IMG/VR virus record: IMGVR_UViG_3300033062_000614
Direction: 5' to 3' (one strand)
Length of the DNA stretch: 50,359 nt
Source of the DNA: a virus
Taxonomy: Duplodnaviria; Heunggongvirae; Uroviricota; Caudoviricetes
The position numbers and the translations under genes were made by a program. Every line of letters begins with the position of its first letter. Position 1 is the first letter of the stretch. The notes below the pieces were generated by a model. The model made no database searches. It had not been told where the DNA came from and saw only the letters and a list, made by a program, of their open reading frames with translations. Of this stretch, positions 28,860-37,615 are shown one piece after another.

Positions 28860-29099
28860 ATGCCTAGTAATGCTGTTACAATGTATGACCCAGTAGTGGA
28901 CGCCTTTAGAGAAATTTCAAGGACAAATGCGGAGATATTTATTGCTTCGGCAGCAGATGTTGAAGCTAAGTTGACTGCAAACCCCAGTCTTCAGATTATT
29001 TCTATGTTTGACCCTGCGATTAATGCTTACAGGGAAATAGGACGGGCTAGGGCTTTGCAGTATGTAAACTCTGCAAAGGATGTGCAAAAACTGCTATGA
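28860..29099 (+). CDS. Small protein made of two internal repeats
   Basis: MYDPVVDAFREISRTNAEIFIASAADV versus MFDPAINAYREIGRARALQYVNSAKDV; SD AAGGAGG. Confidence 0.75.
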   Translation: MPSNAVTMYDPVVDAFREISRTNAEIFIASAADVEAKLTANPSLQIISMFDPAINAYREIGRARALQYVNSAKDVQKLL

Positions 29100-29222
29100 A
29101 ATTCGAAGAAGGTGTAGAAGTTAAGGTAAAGAAGTCTTTGGGAGAAGCGGGAACTTCCTTAGACAAAGTAATTGAAAACCCGCTGTTGAGGTTCTTCAGG
29201 AAACTACAAAAGGAGGATGTAA

Positions 29223-29732
29223 ATGAAAAGCGTTTTGGAGTGTCTAAAAGAAGGTAGAGTAGAATGGGGTATTAGGAAGTTTGCTAGCGAAGCAGATTTC
29301 AAAGCTGGCAAGGTTTTGGAAGAGTCAAAGTTCGAAGGCAATATTATGTTGAACGAAGGTATCAATGAGCTGTGGACTTTGGTTTGTTCAGGCTCTGGAA
29401 CCAAGTTCGACAATAGTAATGCTTATTTAGGTGTTGGTGATGACAGCACAGCAGAGGCAGCAACCCAAACAGGGTTGAACCCGTCAGGTGCATCTGGTTT
29501 GAATGAGCTCTATAAGGCTATGGATGGTAGTTATCCTACCTATGGAACTGCACAGAAAGCAACTTGGCGAGCAACATTTGCTGCTGGTGATGCAAACTTC
29601 GCTTGGCAGGAATTTACGGTTGCTAACGGTTCGAGCGGTGCAGCAAAGAACCTTAACCGTAAGGTATCTAACCAGGGAACAAAGACAGTAGGTCAGGTAT
29701 GGGAATTAACGCTTCAGATTACCTTGAGCTAA
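29223..29732 (+). CDS. Virion structural protein (fibre-adaptor-like)
   Basis: GNIMLNEGINELW...YLGVGDDSTA..ATQT and ANFAWQEF..N...LNRKV..QGTK, a recurrent phage structural motif; SD AAGGAGG. Confidence 0.65.
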   Translation: MKSVLECLKEGRVEWGIRKFASEADFKAGKVLEESKFEGNIMLNEGINELWTLVCSGSGTKFDNSNAYLGVGDDSTAEAATQTGLNPSGASGLNELYKAMDGSYPTYGTAQKATWRATFAAGDANFAWQEFTVANGSSGAAKNLNRKVSNQGTKTVGQVWELTLQITLS

Positions 29733-29747
29733 GGTCTATAGGAGGCT

Positions 29748-29775
29748 TTGCGGGTTGAGCCTTATCAACCCGCAA
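29748..29775. promoter_or_regulatory. Perfect 11-bp stem hairpin
   Basis: TTGCGGGTTGA-gcctta-TCAACCCGCAA; no clear U tract. Confidence 0.55.
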
Positions 29776-29789
29776 CACTTAACAAGGCT

Positions 29790-32700
29790 ATGGCAGACAA
29801 ATATATACTTCTAGAAGACATAATTAGAACTCTCAATTCAGTTCTGAATGAGCAGAGCTACAACAATAACCAATACAACGAAACTGACTCAAGCAGAGCT
29901 ACGGAAACTATTTCTGCTATACAACACACTTTGAAGGTTGTATCAGATACCAATTCCTCTGTTTCGGAGACTTTGACTTTAGATATTGTAATTCAAGTTC
30001 TCCAATCAATGACTGCGTCCGAGCTTGTAAGCCTTAAAGCCTACCTATCATTAGCAGATTCTGGGGCTATGACAGAACTGCTTAGTATCTATGCTAGGTT
30101 AGCAGTATCGGATACAGGGGCAGCTGTAGAGTTGATATACTTGTTATTTGCTAAGCTCTCTATAGGAGATACAGGCTCTGTATCAGAGATTATAAGCCTT
30201 GCTGCGGGGTCTAGCTTAACTGACACAGGCTCTATATCCGAATTGATTTCAATTTATGCAAAGTTGAGTATTCTAGATACTAGCCTAGCCTCTGACTTTG
30301 TTCAAATAGTTGCTAAGTTGACTACATCAGATACAGGTTCAGGCTCTGAAATTATTTCTCAATTGAATGCTAATGTTTCGCAAGCTGACTATGCTTTTAG
30401 TGCTGATACTATATCCTTGTTAGTAAGATTAGCTGTATCTGACTCTATAGCTTCAACAGATATTCAATACATTGTAGCGTTTCTAAGCCTAGCAGATACA
30501 GGAACGATAAGTGAGACCCTTAGCACATTAGTCAACTTCTATGTAGCCGATACGGGTGCATTAACAGAGTTGATAAGTATTCTTAGGGGTATACCTATTT
30601 CAGATACAGGGGCTTTCAGCGAGTTGATTTCAATTCTAGCAAGGGTCTATGAATACGATTCGGCAGTTGCGGCAGATTTAGCACAAGTATTATCCATTAA
30701 ATTGTCTTTATCCGATACAGGTATAGGCGTTGACGAGATTATCAGAAACAAGGGTTTTACTCTGCAAGATTCCGTTTCAGCTATAGATGTAATCAGTCTT
30801 TTCATTCAATTGACAGTTTCTGATTCAACTTTAGCAAATGATGCAATTTCAATTGCGGCAAGATTTACTATTTTGGATAGTTCAATAGCTACTGAATTGA
30901 TTTCAATATTTAGTAAATTAGCAACTATACAAGATACAAGTTATGCTTCAGATGTAATCTCTATACTTGTTAAATTTGCGATTTCTGATAGTATTGGAAA
31001 CACGGAGCTCCTTTCTATAGTGGGCAGACTAGCTATTTTGGACTCAACCTTGGGCTCTGATACACTAGCTTTGATTAAAGCCTTCCTGACGTTGGGCGAC
31101 ACCGCATCTGCCCAAGAAACTATATCTCTGCTAGCCAATCTCCAAATAATAGCGGATACAAGCCTTTCAAGTGATGTAATCTCCATTCTAGCCAAAATTA
31201 CTCAATCTGATAGCGGTCTATCCCTAGAAGAGATACTAACTATCAAAGCTAACATAAACTTGGTGCAATTGGGAGTAGCCTATGACTTTGTCAATATCGT
31301 GACGGGCTTCTTACTAGGAGATGTCTCTACTGGAGTAGATTTTGTTAGCTTAGTAGGGTCTGGGATTATTCAAGATTCTGGGGCTATGGTAGAGGTCATA
31401 AGTGTATTTGCTAAGATAACGCAAGTTGATATAGGGCTATCAGCAGAGTTCTTAGAAATAGTAGCTAAACTTGATTTGTCAGATGGTGCTACAGCAACAG
31501 AGCTTGTTTCTTATATACGTAAGCTTGACGTTTTGGATACTTCAACTGCGGTAGAATTACTTGAACTTCTTGTTAAATTGACTGCAGAAGATTACGGGTC
31601 AGCTCTTGACGTAGCTACTCTAATTGCTAGATTGACTATTCTAGAAACTATGTCAGGGATTGATATTCTAGAAGCTTCAATAGGGGCAGTAATACCTGAT
31701 ACCTCAATAGGCTCCGACATTATTACTTTATTAGCAAAGCTCAATTTGACGGATTCTGTTGTGGCAGTAGAGTTTTTGACTTTAGTAGCCCGATTAAGTA
31801 TAGATGATTCAGGTATAGCCTCTGAATTTATTACCCTGTTGGTAAAACTATCAGAAACTGATACGGCTTTGGCTTCAGAATTTCTTCACTCTGCAATTGC
31901 TGCTTCTGCTCAAGAGAGTGTATCTTCGTTAGAAGAGCTTTCGATTACTAACAGATTGTCTTTATACGACTTAGTAGCGGGATTAGATGAAATTTCTAGA
32001 AATAAGTATTTAACATTAGTAGAGAGCCTAACAGGAACGGATGCCGAAGCAATTATTAAAGCTTCTCTGGATATTAGCGATTCTGCAAGCTCTGTAGATT
32101 TAGCCAATGTGCTAGCACGGCTTGCTTTAGCAGATATTGGAGCTTTCTCTGAAGTCATTAGCTTACTTAACCGCCTTAACATTACGGATACTACTTTAGC
32201 AGTTGAGCTAGTTAGCTTGATTAACAGATTTGAGTTAAGTGATGCGGCAACTGCCTTTGAATTGGTTTCCAAAGTCTTCATAAAGGTAGTAGATACTGAA
32301 GCAGGGTCTGCTAGCGATGTAGTAGATATTCTAGCTAAGGTCTCCGTATTAGACTCCGATACTCTAAGTGATTTTATTTCTATAGTATCTAGACTTACAG
32401 TTTTGGATTTAGGCTTAGGTAATACTTTAGTCTCAATTCTAAGTATGTTATCTGTCTCCGATTCTGCAAATGGGGATGAGTTGATAGATATTCTAAGGCG
32501 TATATTCGCTTTAGATACAGGTGTAGGTTTAGAAGTTTTGGACATATTCACAAAGTTGAATGTCTCGGACTCTGTAGTTGTAAATGAGCTTGTTCAAGTC
32601 TTTGCTACGGTCTTTGAATCGGATACCAATATTGGATTTAGCGAATTAGTAGCCCCGAAACCCTTAATAGATATACTAGACAATGGTGTAACAGTAGAGC

Positions 32701-32825
32701 AGATAGTTAATATTCTACAGATTTCAAGGTCATTATTCTTATCTTCTGTAATGTATAATAGAATGGATTTGTCTAGCTCTATACCTAGTAATACAATTAC
32801 TTTGAACAGCTTCATAGAGATGTAA
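29790..32825 (+). CDS. Long fibre-like protein with about 50 degenerate 18-19-aa repeats
   Basis: Recurring D(T/S)G...E.ISI.A.L..(S) period. The start is placed at ATG 29790 because the TTG at 29748 lies in the hairpin, only 2 nt from GGAGG. Confidence 0.75.
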   Translation: MADKYILLEDIIRTLNSVLNEQSYNNNQYNETDSSRATETISAIQHTLKVVSDTNSSVSETLTLDIVIQVLQSMTASELVSLKAYLSLADSGAMTELLSIYARLAVSDTGAAVELIYLLFAKLSIGDTGSVSEIISLAAGSSLTDTGSISELISIYAKLSILDTSLASDFVQIVAKLTTSDTGSGSEIISQLNANVSQADYAFSADTISLLVRLAVSDSIASTDIQYIVAFLSLADTGTISETLSTLVNFYVADTGALTELISILRGIPISDTGAFSELISILARVYEYDSAVAADLAQVLSIKLSLSDTGIGVDEIIRNKGFTLQDSVSAIDVISLFIQLTVSDSTLANDAISIAARFTILDSSIATELISIFSKLATIQDTSYASDVISILVKFAISDSIGNTELLSIVGRLAILDSTLGSDTLALIKAFLTLGDTASAQETISLLANLQIIADTSLSSDVISILAKITQSDSGLSLEEILTIKANINLVQLGVAYDFVNIVTGFLLGDVSTGVDFVSLVGSGIIQDSGAMVEVISVFAKITQVDIGLSAEFLEIVAKLDLSDGATATELVSYIRKLDVLDTSTAVELLELLVKLTAEDYGSALDVATLIARLTILETMSGIDILEASIGAVIPDTSIGSDIITLLAKLNLTDSVVAVEFLTLVARLSIDDSGIASEFITLLVKLSETDTALASEFLHSAIAASAQESVSSLEELSITNRLSLYDLVAGLDEISRNKYLTLVESLTGTDAEAIIKASLDISDSASSVDLANVLARLALADIGAFSEVISLLNRLNITDTTLAVELVSLINRFELSDAATAFELVSKVFIKVVDTEAGSASDVVDILAKVSVLDSDTLSDFISIVSRLTVLDLGLGNTLVSILSMLSVSDSANGDELIDILRRIFALDTGVGLEVLDIFTKLNVSDSVVVNELVQVFATVFESDTNIGFSELVAPKPLIDILDNGVTVEQIVNILQISRSLFLSSVMYNRMDLSSSIPSNTITLNSFIEM

Positions 32826-32841
32826 AAATGGAGGATAGCCA

Positions 32842-33126
32842 ATGGCAGAAAAACATTACGTTGGTGAAATCAATACCGAGATAAGAGTAGACTGCGGTAT
32901 AGATGTCTCCCTAGCCTCCACCAGAAAAATCTTCTTTAAGAAACCGAATGGAATTGTATTGGAGAAAACGCCTACTGTATATAACAATAGGTATATGCGT
33001 TTCTTTACGGTTTTAGGAGATTTGGATATTTCTGGTGAGTATGAGCTCCAAACCTACATAGTTCTAAATGGTTGGACAGGTAGAGGGCAGACAGCTAGAT
33101 TCGTTGTTTATGATACATTTGATTAA
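32842..33126 (+). CDS. Small beta-sandwich structural protein (BppU N-terminal-like)
   Basis: TEIRVDCGIDVS.A...I.FKKP.G and GDLDISGEYELQ; SD GGAGG. Confidence 0.55.
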   Translation: MAEKHYVGEINTEIRVDCGIDVSLASTRKIFFKKPNGIVLEKTPTVYNNRYMRFFTVLGDLDISGEYELQTYIVLNGWTGRGQTARFVVYDTFD

Positions 33127-33681
33127 ATGAAATTCATAACCATTTCATATTGCACTAAAGGGGCATATGAGGCTCTTTCGCTACGGTTGAAAGAAAGTCT
33201 CGAAAAGTTGAATATTGAGCACGAACTCAAAGTTATTGATACTTTAGGGTCTTGGCAAAAGAACTGTATGTATAAAGCAATCTTCATTAAAGAAATGATA
33301 AGTAAATATAGCAAACCTATATTGTTTGTAGATGCAGATGCTATTTTCTATAGATATCCTTCTTTAATAGAAACGCTTGATGTTGATTTTGCAGTTCATT
33401 ACTTTAAGGATAGACAGCTAGCATCAGGAACATTATACTTTAACAATAGTAGTCCAGCTCTGGATTTGTTAGAGGCTTGGATATCCTATAATAATGAACA
33501 TCCTAACGAATGGGACCAATCAAACCTACAAAATGTTGTGGAAACTCTAGGTTGGAAGTATAAGTTGAAAATGAGCTATTTGCCTCCTGAATACTGTAAG
33601 ATTTTTGACCTAACAAAAGATGTCCAGAATCCGATAATTGAACATTATCAAGCTTCAAGGAGATTGAAAAATGCTAGTTGA
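33127..33681 (+). CDS. Nucleotide-diphospho-sugar glycosyltransferase (GT-A, DxD motif)
   Basis: KAIFIKEM, ILFVDADA, WDQSNLQ, LPPEYC.IFD and IEHYQASR. Confidence 0.8.
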   Translation: MKFITISYCTKGAYEALSLRLKESLEKLNIEHELKVIDTLGSWQKNCMYKAIFIKEMISKYSKPILFVDADAIFYRYPSLIETLDVDFAVHYFKDRQLASGTLYFNNSSPALDLLEAWISYNNEHPNEWDQSNLQNVVETLGWKYKLKMSYLPPEYCKIFDLTKDVQNPIIEHYQASRRLKNAS

Positions 33682-34213
33682 ACAAGTTGAGAAAGAGAAA
33701 TACAAGTTTCAATGGGAACATAATTATCTACCTTCAAAATGTGCCCTACCCTTAGTTGACTATGTAAAGGATACTGCACAGGCTCAACAAACTCTTCTTG
33801 ATATAGGTTGCGGTAATGGAATTACTGTTGCCAAGATAAGAGAGTGTGGGTATCGTTGTGACGGAATAGATATAACGCTTGCAGGTATTCAAGGGGTTTT
33901 TAATCCTCCTTTGATTGAGGCAACTTTGTGGAAAATGCCTTTTATGGAAAATGCCTACGATTATACATTCTCAACAGATGTGCTAGAGCATATACCATTA
34001 GAAATGGTTGAAGATTCTATTAAAGAAATTATTAGAATTACAAAGGTTAAGACATTTCATTGTATCGCTTCATTCTCGCATAAACGATATGATGTAGAGC
34101 TACATCCAACACTTCAACCTATAGATTGGTGGTATCGAATCTTTGAGAAGTATAATACAAAAGGTCTTTCAGTTAAAATCCTAGATAGGTGGGATTTCTT
34201 GAAATTGAAATAG
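33671..34213 (+). CDS. Class I SAM-dependent methyltransferase (Methyltransf_11-like)
   Basis: LLDIGCGNG, GIDI and DYTFSTDVLEHIP. Confidence 0.88.
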   Translation: MLVEQVEKEKYKFQWEHNYLPSKCALPLVDYVKDTAQAQQTLLDIGCGNGITVAKIRECGYRCDGIDITLAGIQGVFNPPLIEATLWKMPFMENAYDYTFSTDVLEHIPLEMVEDSIKEIIRITKVKTFHCIASFSHKRYDVELHPTLQPIDWWYRIFEKYNTKGLSVKILDRWDFLKLK

Positions 34214-34222
34214 GGAGGTTAA

Positions 34223-34387
34223 GTGGCGGACGTGAAAATGGATGCTAGAGAGTTTTCTAAAGAGCTTCATAACTTGAAAACTTGTTGTGGACAAATAATT
34301 AAAATTGCTGGAGATATGACTAGAAGAATAACAGAATTATCTTCTATTGTAGAGTTAGAAGACAAGGAAAACAAAAAGGAGGAATAA
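34223..34387 (+). CDS. Small hypothetical protein (54 aa, absent from the ORF track)
   Basis: GGGAGG then GTG: MADVKMDAREFSKELHNLKTCCGQIIKIAG... Confidence 0.5.
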   Translation: MADVKMDAREFSKELHNLKTCCGQIIKIAGDMTRRITELSSIVELEDKENKKEE

Positions 34388-34389
34388 AA

Positions 34390-34785
34390 ATGCCGTTATA
34401 TAAAAACAATGCAACGGAAAGAAAGACCATCAACGGTCAGGCGGTAGAGCCAGGTCAAACTATATCTACGGAAGTGTATTTGAGCCCTTTGCCTACAGGT
34501 ATTACTAAGCTATCAGACAGTCCTTTTTACAATCCTATAGTGCTCTCTGCTAGCTATACTTCAACAACTACAGTTGCAATTCCTGCAGGTATCAATAGAT
34601 TCAACCTACACTTCTATGTTGAATCTGGAAGTTGCACAATTGCATTTAATGATGCAGGTAATACTCCTGTTCTAAGCCTTTATGCTACGGCTAGATGGAA
34701 TCAGAGAGTATTTGACAGATGGTGTGATAAAGTAATTATCACAATACCTAGTGGTAAAGTTTGGTTGATAATTGAAAAAGACTAA
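34390..34785 (+). CDS. Hypothetical, probably structural, beta-rich protein
   Basis: SD AGGAGG; coupled ORF. Confidence 0.55.
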   Translation: MPLYKNNATERKTINGQAVEPGQTISTEVYLSPLPTGITKLSDSPFYNPIVLSASYTSTTTVAIPAGINRFNLHFYVESGSCTIAFNDAGNTPVLSLYATARWNQRVFDRWCDKVIITIPSGKVWLIIEKD

Positions 34786-34796
34786 AGGAGGTGGAT

Positions 34797-35246
34797 ATGT
34801 TTTGGATACTAGTTGGAATAGCTTGTATCTTATCAGCGATTCTATATCGTGCAGGTGGTATGTCTAAGGATGACTCAGCTCAGCCTAGTTGGATACCAAA
34901 ATGGCTGCGTCAATCGTGGGTAAGAGATTGTGGATGCTCCTTGATATTAGTTGGATTGTCTGTATTGTTGTATGGAGTAAGTAGTGCTTGGTGGGGATAT
35001 CTTCTCACGTTTGGGTTATCTTGGGCAGCACTCTCAACGTATTGGGATTTTCTATTTGGTGAGGATAACTTCTGGTTTTCAGGTTTGATATGTGGAGTAG
35101 CAGGAATGCCTTTACTAATGTGCGGTGTGCCTTGGCAGGTTCTTGTCCTACGATTAGCAATTGTTACAATTGGTTGGGGTATTTGGAGTGCGATAATGGG
35201 CTGGGATGTTGCCGAGGAGATGGGTAGGGGTGGATTATTTGTGTGA
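34797..35246 (+). CDS. Multi-pass membrane protein
   Basis: About 4-5 hydrophobic segments; the ATG at 34797 is 6 nt after AAGGAG. Confidence 0.75.
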   Translation: MFWILVGIACILSAILYRAGGMSKDDSAQPSWIPKWLRQSWVRDCGCSLILVGLSVLLYGVSSAWWGYLLTFGLSWAALSTYWDFLFGEDNFWFSGLICGVAGMPLLMCGVPWQVLVLRLAIVTIGWGIWSAIMGWDVAEEMGRGGLFV

Positions 35247-35253
35247 GGTGAAT

Positions 35254-35604
35254 ATGGACGGTAGAATGTTAGATATTATCAATCACTTCAGAGCTTGTCA
35301 CGGATGTGGAAAAGTTAGGGCTGATGATATTGATGAAAATATGCATTGTTTAGCCCATTCCAATGCAATGGCGAACGCCAAACAGCTTTATCACGCTGAT
35401 GCTACTCTTTTGAACGATTGGGGAGAGGCTGTAGCTATGTGCAGTTGTGATGGAGATTGGGGAGAAATTGAGAATAGGTTGATATTTGATGTGCTTGGAA
35501 AGAGTGAACCGCATAGCCGTATCTTACTTGAGGCTTCACAAATAGCCTATGGATTCACTTTTAAGGATGGGCTTGTGTATTTAACGGTAAGGGGTAAAAA
35601 GTGA
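35254..35604 (+). CDS. CAP/SCP-like domain protein
   Basis: IINHFRA..G, AHSNAMA...LYH, WGEAVA, SEPHSRILL...IAYGF and VYLT follow the CAP motif order. Confidence 0.65.
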   Translation: MDGRMLDIINHFRACHGCGKVRADDIDENMHCLAHSNAMANAKQLYHADATLLNDWGEAVAMCSCDGDWGEIENRLIFDVLGKSEPHSRILLEASQIAYGFTFKDGLVYLTVRGKK

Positions 35605-35617
35605 GGAGGTGTGAACT

Positions 35618-35932
35618 ATGACTTGGGCAGAGGTTGGAGGCAAAGTAGCAGAGACAGGGAAGTTTATTATAGTAAAGCTTCTGTCAGCTAGGTTGTTAGT
35701 AACTTTGGGAGTTACTGCTACTTTGTGTTGGTCAGTTGGAAAATCTTTGGATATGGTAATGGCAAGTGCAAAGGATGAAAAGACCTTTGCCTTGGTGAAA
35801 GATGTAGTAATGTATATGTTAGGGGCATTTACTACGGTTGTGACAATGTCAGTGAATAGTTACTTCAATCGAAGTGACCGTTGGAAAGAAAACCTGCCAG
35901 AAAATGGCGAAAACAGAGGAGGAACAAAATGA
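35618..35932 (+). CDS. Two-TM membrane protein, holin-like
   Basis: Two hydrophobic helices, YF.R motif and a charged C-terminus. Confidence 0.55.
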   Translation: MTWAEVGGKVAETGKFIIVKLLSARLLVTLGVTATLCWSVGKSLDMVMASAKDEKTFALVKDVVMYMLGAFTTVVTMSVNSYFNRSDRWKENLPENGENRGGTK

Positions 35933-36099
35933 AGACAGGTACGAAATATACGGTATTGATAGTTTGTGCAATGTTAATAGGTGGTGTGACTGAAGCAGCT
36001 GGGCTATTTCCTAACGCCAAAGAGATACTAGCAGCAGCAAGTGTGTTTATCGGTGCAGTAATGATTTTTGTAGGTAAGTCAACTACACCTACTGCCTAA
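35929..36099 (+). CDS. Small two-TM membrane protein, holin-like
   Basis: MKTGTKYTVLIVCAMLIGG...ILAAASVFIGAVMIFVG; ATGA coupling. Confidence 0.55.
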   Translation: MKTGTKYTVLIVCAMLIGGVTEAAGLFPNAKEILAAASVFIGAVMIFVGKSTTPTA

Positions 36100-36114
36100 T
36101 TGAAGGAGTGAAAT

Positions 36115-36315
36115 ATGTGGGAAGCAATTGGGATAATTGCAGGTAAGTTAGCAATTCTACTGATACCTGGTAGAAAAGAACAGGTATTCAATGAGTTGAA
36201 AAAGTTGGAAGTTGAATATGCTAAGGCTTTGAAAGAGGGAAGGGATACTGACGCAGCTGTTGCACGCAAGAAAATGTCAACTTTGCGTAAGCAGCTAGGA
36301 GTCTCTGACTTATAG
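36115..36315 (+). CDS. Small membrane-anchored coiled-coil protein
   Basis: Hydrophobic N-terminus followed by a basic helix; SD AAGGAG. Confidence 0.55.
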   Translation: MWEAIGIIAGKLAILLIPGRKEQVFNELKKLEVEYAKALKEGRDTDAAVARKKMSTLRKQLGVSDL

Positions 36316-36355
36316 AATTAAATTGGGGGTTACAAGAAACTAAGGAGGAGTAAAG

Positions 36356-37165
36356 ATGCGTAGGGTTATTGCAGCAATTATAGCAGTGTTTTTAGTATAT
36401 GGAACAGCGTTTGCATTGCTGGATGATAATAGCCAGAATTCAAATTCTGCTGCGACAGCAACAGCAACAGGCGGTTCGTCCACAAGTGCAGGTGGCAGTT
36501 CATCTGTGGGAAATGGATTGAACAATTTTTCACCTAGCTCTGACGCTAGAGCAACAATTGAAAGGGGTGCTGTTGATATAGATAACAGCAACCGTAACGA
36601 GAATAGCAACCGTAATGAAAACAGAAATACCAATATGCAGGGTCAGCTTCAAGGACAGTTACAAGGTCAAAAGCAAACTGCGGTTGGTAAAGTAACTACT
36701 GATGTTAAGGTTGAAGGCGATACAATCAAGAGCACAGCAATTGCCTTTCCATCAGTATCGTCAGCGGAAGGAACTTCATCTGGAACGGCAACATACCTAT
36801 TTGGTAGCTTAGGAAAGTCAAATACTGAGTTATATAAGAAGATAATTCCTCAGATTCAGACAATTCTTGCTATTCCTGATGATGTAATGGACAAAGATGC
36901 AAAGAAAGAAGTAATTGCTACATTAGTCAAAAAGATGACTGACTCCAACAGAACCCAGAGATTCTTAGGTATTCTGTGGGAAGATAATAGCAAGAGCTTG
37001 CTGAACATTATGGGTCTTTTAACTTGGGATTCATTATGGGCAGAGGGTCAAAGACCTTTACAATGCAAGAGTGATATGGAAGCAGAGAAGCTTTCTACAA
37101 CTCCTGCTGTAGAGCGAACTGAAGACAAAGGCATTACTGGTAATGCTGGAAATGTAAACCAATAA
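36356..37165 (+). CDS. Exported protein with a signal peptide and S/A/T/G- and N/Q-rich low-complexity repeats
   Basis: MRRVIAAIIAVFLVYGTAFA signal peptide; NSNRNENSNRNEN and QGQLQGQLQGQ. Confidence 0.7.
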   Translation: MRRVIAAIIAVFLVYGTAFALLDDNSQNSNSAATATATGGSSTSAGGSSSVGNGLNNFSPSSDARATIERGAVDIDNSNRNENSNRNENRNTNMQGQLQGQLQGQKQTAVGKVTTDVKVEGDTIKSTAIAFPSVSSAEGTSSGTATYLFGSLGKSNTELYKKIIPQIQTILAIPDDVMDKDAKKEVIATLVKKMTDSNRTQRFLGILWEDNSKSLLNIMGLLTWDSLWAEGQRPLQCKSDMEAEKLSTTPAVERTEDKGITGNAGNVNQ

Positions 37166-37214
37166 TAACAATGAAACTTGCTGTAACCCCCAATTTTCTA
37201 AATTAGGAGAACAT

Positions 37215-37592
37215 ATGAAAAGAAAACTTGTTTGGTCATTTATTCTTTTGATGCTTGTGGTAGGTCTAGTAGGTTGCAAGACTATCGTAACCCAAAAGGA
37301 TGTAGTTTTGCTTCCAGAGGATAGAATTTACACAGTTCCTGCTGGGACAAAAGTGCAACTTGTGCTAGATAAGAAATCCCTAGGAGAGCTTGCCTTCCCA
37401 TATGATATGAAGCTTGTCCACGAATCAATACTGGAGCGCAATGAACAACAACTCAATGATTTGGCGTTTGCGAAGGTTAGAGCCGACAAAGAGTCAGCAA
37501 AGAGGACGGGCATAGTGGGTGGGATTCTGTCTATTGTAGGTGCTATTGTAGGTATTTGGGGTAAGGGTGCCTTGACGAAAAAGAAGGCTTAG
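37215..37592 (+). CDS. Lipoprotein with a C-terminal TM helix; candidate unimolecular spanin
   Basis: MKRK...LVVGLVG-C lipobox, C-terminal GIVGGILSIVGAIVGIWG and a basic tail (KKKA). Confidence 0.6.
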   Translation: MKRKLVWSFILLMLVVGLVGCKTIVTQKDVVLLPEDRIYTVPAGTKVQLVLDKKSLGELAFPYDMKLVHESILERNEQQLNDLAFAKVRADKESAKRTGIVGGILSIVGAIVGIWGKGALTKKKA

Positions 37593-37615
37593 GTAGGGTT
37601 TGTGGTAGGATAAAT

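Noticed and set aside
29096-29257. 53-aa ORF MKFEEGVEVKVKKSLG... overlapping 29223
   Set aside because: It overlaps the next well-supported gene by 35 nt and has no motif; it cannot be supported without homologs.
31910-32551. 213-aa antisense ORF (and 30941-31195) inside the repeat-protein gene
   Set aside because: Best explained as a shadow of the sense-strand codon periodicity; no SD or recognisable motifs.
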